From: a virus
IMG/VR virus record: IMGVR_UViG_3300036985_009306
Span: 128,144-192,143 of that record
Length of the DNA stretch: 64,000 nucleotides
Strand: one strand, 5' to 3'
The notes under the pieces are model-generated. The model was not told the DNA's origin. It saw only the letters and a program-made list of their open reading frames with translations, and ran no database searches. Every line of letters starts with the position of its first letter. Position 1 is the first letter of the stretch. Shown in pieces: positions 26,219 through 33,595 of the stretch. The position numbers were made by a program, and so were the translations under genes.

Positions 26219-26403
26219 AAGTCTTTCCATTGGGAACTAAAAGAGAAGAAGAAACACAAATGATTACTATTCGTTTGAAGTGTAATCACAAAGGTTGCAG
26301 AAAAACTATACAAGGAGTTGAAGGATATAACGGTCATTTTTATTATCGTAGAAAATTTGCAGCTGATCTAAGAAATCAAGTATGGGTTTGTGATGAACAT
26401 TAA
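26215..26403 (+). CDS. hypothetical protein
   Basis: Coupled ORF with Cys motifs. Confidence 0.5.
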   Translation: MKVFPLGTKREEETQMITIRLKCNHKGCRKTIQGVEGYNGHFYYRRKFAADLRNQVWVCDEH

Positions 26404-26438
26404 ACAAAGAAGAGTACAATCAATCAGGAGAGTGTAGA

Positions 26439-27215
26439 ATGAAATTCGAGTTTAAACCTTCTCAAAAAGTTCGTCAATTCAAATGTTCTGATTTAATAGG
26501 TAAAATAGTAACAATTTCTTGTGAACATTTGTCAAGTGACAAGAAAAGTCAATATATTCAGGCAAGATCAAAATTACTTTATGATTTTGGAATTTATGGA
26601 GTATCAGATTGGGTGCCTGTACTTGGGAAAAAAGATACAGAAGTAAAGAGAAAAATCATAGGTTGTTGTTTGAAAGAAGCAATGAATGGTGGGAGATGTG
26701 ATAATAAAGAATATTCTTCTTATCAGGATTATTTTAACAAAGACAAAAAAGAAGAAGTCAAAAAGTATTGGATAGGTGGATTGTTGGAAAGAATTGATAG
26801 AGGCGGTGGAGATGCCGATAAAACAAGTCTTATTCTTAGGTTTAAAGATTTTTCTTTAGAGAATAATACTTGGAGTATGACAGCACCTGAAGAATGGTAT
26901 TCTGAGTTGCACCAACTAGAATTTCCACGTGGTTTTTATGAGACTTCAGAAGAGGCAATTAAGTTTTTTGGAGATAAGGCTCATGATGATCTTTTTGGAG
27001 AACGGTATTTCCCTGTAATAGTTTTTCCTAAGGATACAGAGGCTAATGTTAGAGAAATTGCTGGTATGCCTAAGTCATGTTCTAAAGCTATTATGACAAA
27101 AGAATATATTATATTTGGAACTCGTTGCAAATCTTCTGAATATACAGATGTCATTGATAAAACTTATAAAGCAGATGGAAAAGTAGCAAAGTCTAAAGAG
27201 TGGGATTGGGACTGA
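26439..27215 (+). CDS. hypothetical protein
   Basis: AGGAG RBS, 258 aa. Confidence 0.75.
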   Translation: MKFEFKPSQKVRQFKCSDLIGKIVTISCEHLSSDKKSQYIQARSKLLYDFGIYGVSDWVPVLGKKDTEVKRKIIGCCLKEAMNGGRCDNKEYSSYQDYFNKDKKEEVKKYWIGGLLERIDRGGGDADKTSLILRFKDFSLENNTWSMTAPEEWYSELHQLEFPRGFYETSEEAIKFFGDKAHDDLFGERYFPVIVFPKDTEANVREIAGMPKSCSKAIMTKEYIIFGTRCKSSEYTDVIDKTYKADGKVAKSKEWDWD

Positions 27216-27241
27216 GTCCTTCAGTAAGAAAGTGAGATAAT

Positions 27242-27799
27242 GTGAAAGAACAATTTATAGATCCACGAGTGAATATTATCACACATAATTTTATACGAGA
27301 AAAAATTAAAGAAATCCCAGAAGATGTAAACAAGATTTCTAATGAACAATGGGATTGGATTTTAGATTTGACAAAAGATGAAGGTCTTTTAAAACTTGAG
27401 TTTCGATGCAAGATTATTAATAAATTAGGTTTTGGTCATTCTCTTATTTTTAATAAAGAAGCAAATCAACCTATTCTTTGTATAAAGAGAGAGTTTCCAA
27501 AATGGGACAAAAGTATAGGTAAAAATGGTGGATGGTTAGTTTCTGATGAAACTCAAAACAATCCAGAAAAAATAAAAAAAGGTTTTGAAATTATTAGACA
27601 ATATTTAAAACCTATTGAAGAAACAAGTATTGTTTTTGAAGTTTGTGATCTTAAAAAATGTTCATCTGTTTTATTTGTTAGCAAAAGAAATGTAAAACTT
27701 GTAGAAACTGATGAGAAAATTAAAGAATTTAAAAACTTTGGTATATTTATAGATTGGTTGTTTGATCAATACGCTGAACTCATACAAATGAGTGGATAA
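27242..27799 (+). CDS. hypothetical protein
   Basis: 185-aa ORF. Confidence 0.7.
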   Translation: MKEQFIDPRVNIITHNFIREKIKEIPEDVNKISNEQWDWILDLTKDEGLLKLEFRCKIINKLGFGHSLIFNKEANQPILCIKREFPKWDKSIGKNGGWLVSDETQNNPEKIKKGFEIIRQYLKPIEETSIVFEVCDLKKCSSVLFVSKRNVKLVETDEKIKEFKNFGIFIDWLFDQYAELIQMSG

Positions 27800-27814
27800 A
27801 GGAAAGAGAATAAT

Positions 27815-27991
27815 ATGACAGATGAACAAAGAGCTTCTTACATTATATCGCAATCAGTTTGTGCCTTGGCCGAAATAGAATACCCTTTTCGTACTGAATC
27901 TGATTTTCAAGGAGTTGACAAACCAGTTGCGCGTTATTGTAGTTCTGCCGCGAGAAAGGTTAAGGTTCAAAATGAAGTTGACAGAATGTAA
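27815..27991 (+). pseudogene. deleted, chimeric copy of the gene at 55838-56038
   Basis: Near-identical 5' sequence with an in-frame 45-bp deletion, then fused to unrelated GC-richer DNA. Confidence 0.7.
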
Positions 27992-28178
27992 GGTTGGTTG
28001 TCCTCGGCGCGGCAGAAAGAAAATTGTGGAGTTGCCGCAAACAGGCAAACAACAACGCAAGGGCGAAATTTGCCGCTGCGGTAGCAAGAAAGATTGGGAA
28101 CATATTCGTAACTTTGTCGGTTGGTGTAACTTTAATTTTTGTCCCGAATGTGGCGGCAAACTGTCGCCCGTTGCGTAG
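27972..28178 (+). CDS. small zinc-finger hypothetical protein (GC-richer patch)
   Basis: CRCG...FNFCPECGGKL; followed by GTTAGGC. Confidence 0.55.
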   Translation: MKLTECKVGCPRRGRKKIVELPQTGKQQRKGEICRCGSKKDWEHIRNFVGWCNFNFCPECGGKLSPVA

Positions 28179-28278
28179 ACGTTAGGCACAATTGTCAACG
28201 CTTGAGAGCTATAGTTTTTGGGAGCTAAGATGTCAAAGATGAGTATATGGGCATGTAATTGTATTCCTGGTGTGAAAT

Positions 28279-28509
28279 ATGAGATATGATGATGGTGATT
28301 TTTTTCCTTATACTTTATTTGAAATTTGTAGGGTAGGAACGAAAGCTAAACACCAGATTAATGATGTAAGACATTTCAAAGATGAGAAAAAGTTTGTTAA
28401 GGCTGTGCGAGGGGCAAAAATAAAGATAGATCAGAATTATGGGCGTAGAAAAATTAAAAAGTTATTGCAGGAAATTGAAAGAATAGAATATATGTATCAG
28501 TTGAATTAA
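28279..28509 (+). CDS. hypothetical protein
   Basis: ORF. Confidence 0.55.
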   Translation: MRYDDGDFFPYTLFEICRVGTKAKHQINDVRHFKDEKKFVKAVRGAKIKIDQNYGRRKIKKLLQEIERIEYMYQLN

Positions 28510-28640
28510 TAATATTATAAGTAATTTTACAGAAGAATACGTACAAAAAGAAATGTATGATTATTTTGGCATAAAAGAAAATGATAACATATTAAACATA
28601 AATGGAAATATAAATACAGATTTCTTTGAAGGGATTAAAA

Positions 28641-29039
28641 ATGAAAAAGATACCAACCGTTAGTGGAATTGTATCAAAACCTGCTAATGATGAATATAGA
28701 AAAAATTATGACAGGATATTTGGTGAACAACAAGAAATTAAAGAAAAACCAATAATTAAAGAAAAACCAATAAAAAAAGAATTTATAGATTTAATTCCTA
28801 TAAGAAATGATCTTGTTAATATAGAACGTAAACTTCGTAGACTATTGCACCCTTTAGAAAATTGTGGAATACGAGGTTATATAGAATGTAAACTTCGTAG
28901 ACTATTGCACCCTTTAGAAAATTGTGGAATACGAGGTTACACAAGTAAAGAATTCGAGGGATTTCAATGTATTGAGATAGCCCAATCAATTAAATTTCTT
29001 TTATGTAAAATTGATGAACAAAATCACGAGGCAAAATAA
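28641..29039 (+). CDS. hypothetical protein with 20-aa tandem duplication
   Basis: KLRRLLHPLENCGIRGY x2. Confidence 0.6.
   Translation: MKKIPTVSGIVSKPANDEYRKNYDRIFGEQQEIKEKPIIKEKPIKKEFIDLIPIRNDLVNIERKLRRLLHPLENCGIRGYIECKLRRLLHPLENCGIRGYTSKEFEGFQCIEIAQSIKFLLCKIDEQNHEAK
28820..28938 (+). repeat. 60-bp in-frame tandem duplication
   Basis: Two copies with period 60 and one mismatch. Confidence 0.9.
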
Positions 29040-29122
29040 ATCATGGGTAAAAAAGCGTGCTAAGTTGTGATAGGAAGATGAAAAAGCAATAATAATTGAT
29101 TTACCAAGTTTAGGAAAATTAT

Positions 29123-30130
29123 ATGCTTAGAAAACTAGCTTCAATTCGAAAAGTAAGAGACATCAAACCAATAAAAGATGCTGATGCAATTGAACTTGCA
29201 ATTGTTGATGGATGGCAAGTAGTTGTAAAAAAGGGACAATTTAAACTTGATGAACTTGTAGTCTATGTAGAAATAGACTCATTTTTGCCAGAACGCTCAG
29301 AATTCGAGTTTTTAAGAAAAAGCTCACATCGAACAATGGCGGACGGTTCAACAGGATTTAGACTTAAAACTGTTCGTTTGAGAGGACAACTTAGTCAAGG
29401 TTTGATTCTTCCTCTCAATGAAGTCAATCTTTCTAATGTCAATCTGGGTGATGAAGTTACAGAGCAACTGGGAATTAAAAAGTATGAACCACCTATTCCA
29501 GCTTGTCTTGCAGGAGAGATGAGAGGAGCTGTTCCAGGAGAAATTCATAAAAGTGATCAAGAAAGAATTCACAATTTATTAAACTATTGGACAATCTATA
29601 AAGATTTAGAATTTGAAGAAACAGAGAAGCTCAATGGTGCTAGTATGACTGTTTATCACAATCAGGGAGATACCGGAGTTTGTGGCCATAAATGGAATAT
29701 GAAGGAAACTAAGGACAACACCCTTTGGAAGGTCTCTAGAAGGCTCGAATTAACAGAGAGATTAACTAAATTAGGATTGAATCTAGCACTTCAAGGTGAG
29801 ATCATTGGAGAAGGTATTCAATCTAATTGGTACAAAATAATTGGACAAACTTTTAAAATCTATGATATCTGGGATATTGACAATCAGTACTATTTAACAA
29901 ACAAAGAACGATTAGATATCATTCAAAAACTTGGATTTGATCTTTCTATTCACGTACCTATTCTAAATGCTCATATGAAGATTTTTGATATAATTAAAGA
30001 TGTTAATGAATTTTTAGAATATTCAACAGGAATTTCAAAATTAGCCAATGTGCAACGAGAGGGTCTTGTTTATAAATCAACAGAAAGAGTTGGACCTCAA
30101 ACTATTTCTTTTAAAGTATTAAAAGAGTGA
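29123..30130 (+). CDS. RNA ligase (DRB0094/Rnl2-like family)
   Basis: N-terminal RKLASIRKV...GWQVVVKKGQF...EIDSFLP; motif I TEKLNGAS, QGEIIGEGIQ, REGLVYK, SFKV. Confidence 0.88.
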   Translation: MLRKLASIRKVRDIKPIKDADAIELAIVDGWQVVVKKGQFKLDELVVYVEIDSFLPERSEFEFLRKSSHRTMADGSTGFRLKTVRLRGQLSQGLILPLNEVNLSNVNLGDEVTEQLGIKKYEPPIPACLAGEMRGAVPGEIHKSDQERIHNLLNYWTIYKDLEFEETEKLNGASMTVYHNQGDTGVCGHKWNMKETKDNTLWKVSRRLELTERLTKLGLNLALQGEIIGEGIQSNWYKIIGQTFKIYDIWDIDNQYYLTNKERLDIIQKLGFDLSIHVPILNAHMKIFDIIKDVNEFLEYSTGISKLANVQREGLVYKSTERVGPQTISFKVLKE

Positions 30131-30134
30131 TTAT

Positions 30135-30392
30135 ATGACTAAAGAAGAATTTTGTAAAGCTCCCAAAAAGGTAACTATAGTTTTTAATCGAGTAACATCA
30201 AATGAAGAATTAAAAAGACTTTTAGATATGGCAAGTTTGAATGTCGAAAGTTCTATTATGGGTGCTGATTTTAGTACTGTGGAAAATGGTGTTCAAAAGA
30301 GTTGCGGAACGCCTTACATCTTACAACAGGTCGAGTATGCCATGCCGGGGAATCCACAGACGCGAGCTATCCTTGGCAACAAGGGTAGATGA
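30135..30392 (+). CDS. hypothetical protein
   Basis: ORF running into the GC-richer patch. Confidence 0.5.
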   Translation: MTKEEFCKAPKKVTIVFNRVTSNEELKRLLDMASLNVESSIMGADFSTVENGVQKSCGTPYILQQVEYAMPGNPQTRAILGNKGR

Positions 30393-30651
30393 AAAAGGTG
30401 CAGTCCGGTTACAAGTCGGACGTTCCCCGGCACAGCACACGTCGGCCGTTTTCTTTTCTGGTGGAAGGTGTGTGACATTTCCGCTGACATTAGGGAAATT
30501 CGCGCAACGGTCGTACAACAGGCAAAGGAATGCCATAACCTTGACACTATAGAAGTAAAAAATAAATAGCGGTTCGGCAAACGGATGCCGTAACCGCTGC
30601 AAGAAATTTATGTCACTCTGATATTCAGATGTTGGCGCAGGAGAAAACCAA

Positions 30652-30888
30652 ATGCCTAAATTCAGACTTAGAAATTCAGTAGATTGTGAAGAAGAACAGA
30701 TAGTCAATCTTATTAAAGGTACTAACGGGGAACGATTTATAGCAGGTTGGAAAGGTTGCGGTGCTGTAAAATTCAAAGCAAATGATACAGCACTAATTTT
30801 TGAAGTTATGTGTGAAAATAAACCCTATGGTGATGTCGGGGTTACTTGGGAAGAAGATGCGTCAACGGACACTAAAGAAGTGACCTAA
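30652..30888 (+). CDS. hypothetical protein (GC-richer patch)
   Basis: Bounded by GGCGCAGGAGAA (RBS) and ACATCTTACAA motifs. Confidence 0.6.
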   Translation: MPKFRLRNSVDCEEEQIVNLIKGTNGERFIAGWKGCGAVKFKANDTALIFEVMCENKPYGDVGVTWEEDASTDTKEVT

Positions 30889-31413
30889 ACATCTTACAAT
30901 TTGAATAAATAGGTGGGCGCAAAACAAAGGAGTAATTATGTGTATTTTTCACAAGTGGACTAAATGGGAACAGTATACGTTCAACAAGGCTGATAAAGAT
31001 AAGCGTATTGTTGAAGTTGAACGTAGACAGCGCAGGCATTGTTAAGTCTGCGATAGCCGAAGGGTTGCCAATGACAAAATTTGAGCTGATTTCACAATTT
31101 GGAATGAATATTAAATGATAGATATTCATAGTTTAGTAGAAGTTGTGCCGAGTGATGATGTATGTTTGATGATAAGGCTTGGTTGGTTGGCCGAAAGCTG
31201 TAAAATCGTTATGAACAGTCGGACGAGAGTAGGGTGTAAGTAACGTGCCTAAGTAAAAGAATAGCGCTCTGACTATCCCTAAGCCTATTCTTCGCCAAGC
31301 CTATATTATACTATTGCGTATAGGTAAGTCTTTTAGAGAAGTTAAAAAGATGAACAAGTATCGATAAAGATTTTGTGCGATGTCCAGGAATTTGCTGACA
31401 AAGTTAAAAAAAT

Positions 31414-31442
31414 TGTACATTTGCAATAAAATGTATTATATT
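31414..31442 (+). promoter_or_regulatory. promoter of tRNA array 2 leader
   Basis: TGTACA-N17-TATATT, matching 21185-21213. Confidence 0.65.
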
Positions 31443-31451
31443 AGATGCATT

Positions 31452-31517
31452 ATGATAACAAAGCTTTTTCAACAGCCGCAACCACAACCCAAACACCTGA
31501 GGAGTGAAGCCTGTTGA
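31452..31517 (+). CDS. putative Gln/Pro attenuator leader peptide (21 aa)
   Basis: MITKLFQQPQPQPKHLRSEAC; seven consecutive Gln/Pro codons upstream of tRNA-Pro and tRNA-Gln. Confidence 0.75.
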   Translation: MITKLFQQPQPQPKHLRSEAC

Positions 31518-31553
31518 AATAAGTTGATATAGATTTTTCAAAAGGCCTCACTC
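31467..31553 (+). promoter_or_regulatory. protector (1:2) and antiterminator (2:3) helices
   Basis: TTTCAACAG (31467-75) pairs with CTGTTGAAA (31511-19); 31502-31519 pairs with 31536-31553 at 16 of 18 positions. Confidence 0.75.
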
Positions 31554-31577
31554 GAAAGTTTGAGGCTTTTTTGTTTT
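31540..31577 (+). terminator. intrinsic terminator (attenuator) upstream of tRNA array 2
   Basis: AAAAGGCCTCA...TGAGGCTTTTTTGTTTT. Confidence 0.85.
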
Positions 31578-31580
31578 AAA

Positions 31581-31653
31581 CAGGGCGTATTTCAGCTAGT
31601 AGAATTCTTGATTTGGGATCAAGAGGTCGGGAGTGCAAACCTCCCCGCCCTGA
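31581..31653 (+). tRNA. tRNA-Pro(TGG)
   Basis: CAGGGCG/CGCCCTG; CTTGA-TTTGGGA-TCAAG; atypical T loop TGCAAAC. Confidence 0.85.
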
Positions 31654-31659
31654 AATTGA

Positions 31660-31708
31660 CAGGTAGTAGCTCAATTGGTAGAGCACCGCATGAGTCTCTC
31701 CTGCCTGA
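31660..31708 (+). pseudogene. internally deleted tRNA (Pro-like acceptor)
   Basis: CAGGTAG/CTGCCTG acceptor and intact D arm; anticodon and most of the T arm are missing. Confidence 0.7.
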
Positions 31709-31726
31709 ATTTTATAATACAGTTCT

Positions 31727-31802
31727 TGGGTGTGTCTTCCAGTAGGTTTAGGAAACTAGATTTTGAATCTAGCAACCAAGGTTCAAATCCTTGCACACTC
31801 GA
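31727..31802 (+). tRNA. tRNA-Gln(TTG)
   Basis: TGGGTGT/ACACTCG; CTAGA-TTTTGAA-TCTAG; CAAGG-TTCAAAT-CCTTG. Confidence 0.88.
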
Positions 31803-31857
31803 TTTTAATAGTTATGTCGATACTGTCTAAATTTTTGCCAAAATTCAATGATTTGGT

Positions 31858-32064
31858 TCATAGTTCTTCCGAGAATGGGTCTTCTATTTCTTTGACAGCT
31901 TTTATTATATTGATTTGATCAAGTACCGATTGTCTATGTTCATCTAGTATAGAGTGAGTTATTCTTAGAGCTTCTTCATCATGTTCAATTGGTGTCAAAT
32001 CCAATGAAGAACGGATATTGTTTTTGTTGTCAATAGAGATCTGAATTAGAGTTAGTTCTTCCAT
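31858..32064 (-). CDS. hypothetical protein (only credible minus-strand gene)
   Basis: Fills a gap with no + strand ORF; acidic, protein-like. Confidence 0.55.
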   Translation of the reverse strand: MEELTLIQISIDNKNNIRSSLDLTPIEHDEEALRITHSILDEHRQSVLDQINIIKAVKEIEDPFSEEL

Positions 32065-32379
32065 AATGTCCCAATCTAGTTAAGTGTTTCTTTCATTAAA
32101 ATGTTTTTAATTTTATATTATATGGATGCATTTTTAATAAAAAAATAAAAACATGAAAACAGTAGATAAAAGAATAGAAGATATTGTAAAGCATGGATTG
32201 ACAAGTATGATATGTAGTTGGAAGGGATGCACATTTGAATTCGTTCTTAAAAGTGGTAGACGTTTTGTTATGAGCATTCAAGAGTTATTGCTATAGAACA
32301 TAAAAAAGATAACTCGAGCAATTAAATTTATTCTTTTTTAGTGAAATATATTAAAATAGTTCTATAAAGGAGGTAATCA

Positions 32380-32640
32380 ATGGATAAAGAAGTATTGAAA
32401 AAATTTGGTGATATTAAAGAAACAAAACATTATACACAGGTGACTGATAAAAGTAAGAAAAAAGCTCTTATAATGAAGAGAACAATCCATCTTGAAGATG
32501 CTAATAAAATATATTCTTCAAAGATGAGAGAGTTTATGAATGACGAAGTCAAGAAGAGACACATGGGTAAGATTAAATGTATTGTTGGGTATAAAGATGA
32601 AACTGAACTTTTGAAAATATTAGAGATGTATTTTTTGTGA
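32380..32640 (+). CDS. hypothetical protein
   Basis: AAGGAGGT RBS. Confidence 0.7.
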   Translation: MDKEVLKKFGDIKETKHYTQVTDKSKKKALIMKRTIHLEDANKIYSSKMREFMNDEVKKRHMGKIKCIVGYKDETELLKILEMYFL

Positions 32641-32957
32641 AGTCATTGACATTAGAAGAGTTTAATCTTGCAATAAAGTCATTTGTTCCTATTCTTATAG
32701 AGTTTTGGAGTCAATTGTGCACAGCATGTGAGAATGCAGAGCAATATTTAGAGAAATTAGAACTTGTATATAGGGGAAAAATGATTGTCGCAAGAGTTGA
32801 TATAAATAATTTGAGTTTAAATCAGTTAAATGATGTATATTCTATTAATAAGCTACCAACGTTTATTTTGTTTAAAAATTCAATTGAACTTGTCAGAGTT
32901 ACAGGTTTCAGGAATGAAATAGAACTTGAAAAGGCTATTCGTCAATATCTTAAATAA
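32637..32957 (+). CDS. thioredoxin-like protein with shifted CxxC (WSQLCTAC)
   Basis: ILIEFW, VARVDI, KLPTFILFKNS, VTG thioredoxin-fold motifs. Confidence 0.8.
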   Translation: MKSLTLEEFNLAIKSFVPILIEFWSQLCTACENAEQYLEKLELVYRGKMIVARVDINNLSLNQLNDVYSINKLPTFILFKNSIELVRVTGFRNEIELEKAIRQYLK

Positions 32958-32978
32958 AATTTTTAAAAAGGAGAGCAG

Positions 32979-33167
32979 ATGGCTTATAAAATCACAATAC
33001 CCAGGCATGGTAAAAGTGCTGGAGAAGTGACCATAGAATCATTAGATTCTACAAGTTGCAGTGTTGTCCAGGAAGTTTCACAGTATTATGGGCCTGTGAA
33101 AAGCAATACACCCATCCATCATGGAGATGATCAGCCAGTTTTTGATAACGTACATGTTACAGAGTAA
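32979..33167 (+). CDS. DUF2997-like small protein
   Basis: Size, conserved Cys pattern and position before DUF1257-like and Ycf46-like genes. Confidence 0.5.
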   Translation: MAYKITIPRHGKSAGEVTIESLDSTSCSVVQEVSQYYGPVKSNTPIHHGDDQPVFDNVHVTE

Positions 33168-33229
33168 AAATGAAGATTAAAATGCATAGAACAAAAAGAT
33201 CAATAAACATTGAATAGAAAGGTTCAGTC

Positions 33230-33526
33230 ATGTCTAACAAAATAGTCATATCATTTCAAGTTGCGAATATGTTGATCATGGAGGAAACTCTTAAAAAACT
33301 TGGTCATGCATATTCAAAGACAGCAAATGGACTTTCACTAAATCGTGCATATTATCCTATTGAAATTGCAAAAGATGAAATCAGTTGTGATTCAATGCAC
33401 TCACATGAAGTAGAAACAATCAAATGTGAGTACCAAAGAGACTTCCAGATTTACGAACGAACAGTTCGTGGAGAACAATTCGAAGTAACAGAAACAAAGA
33501 ATGAAATAGTAATAACAGTTCATTGA
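33230..33526 (+). CDS. DUF1257/Ycf35-like protein
   Basis: EETLKKLG...EYQR...FEVTE..IVITV pattern and position. Confidence 0.5.
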   Translation: MSNKIVISFQVANMLIMEETLKKLGHAYSKTANGLSLNRAYYPIEIAKDEISCDSMHSHEVETIKCEYQRDFQIYERTVRGEQFEVTETKNEIVITVH

Positions 33527-33595
33527 TTTTTCTTATCATGATCTATTATTAATAGGAAAATAGTGTTTAAAAATAAGATGAAAGTACAAACATAA

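Noticed and set aside
31445-31507. Alternative Thr-rich leader frame (MHYDNKAFSTAATTTQTPEE)
   Set aside because: Its ATG lies at or upstream of the predicted TSS and no tRNA-Thr follows, whereas the Q/P frame matches the downstream tRNAs. Not formally excluded without TSS data.
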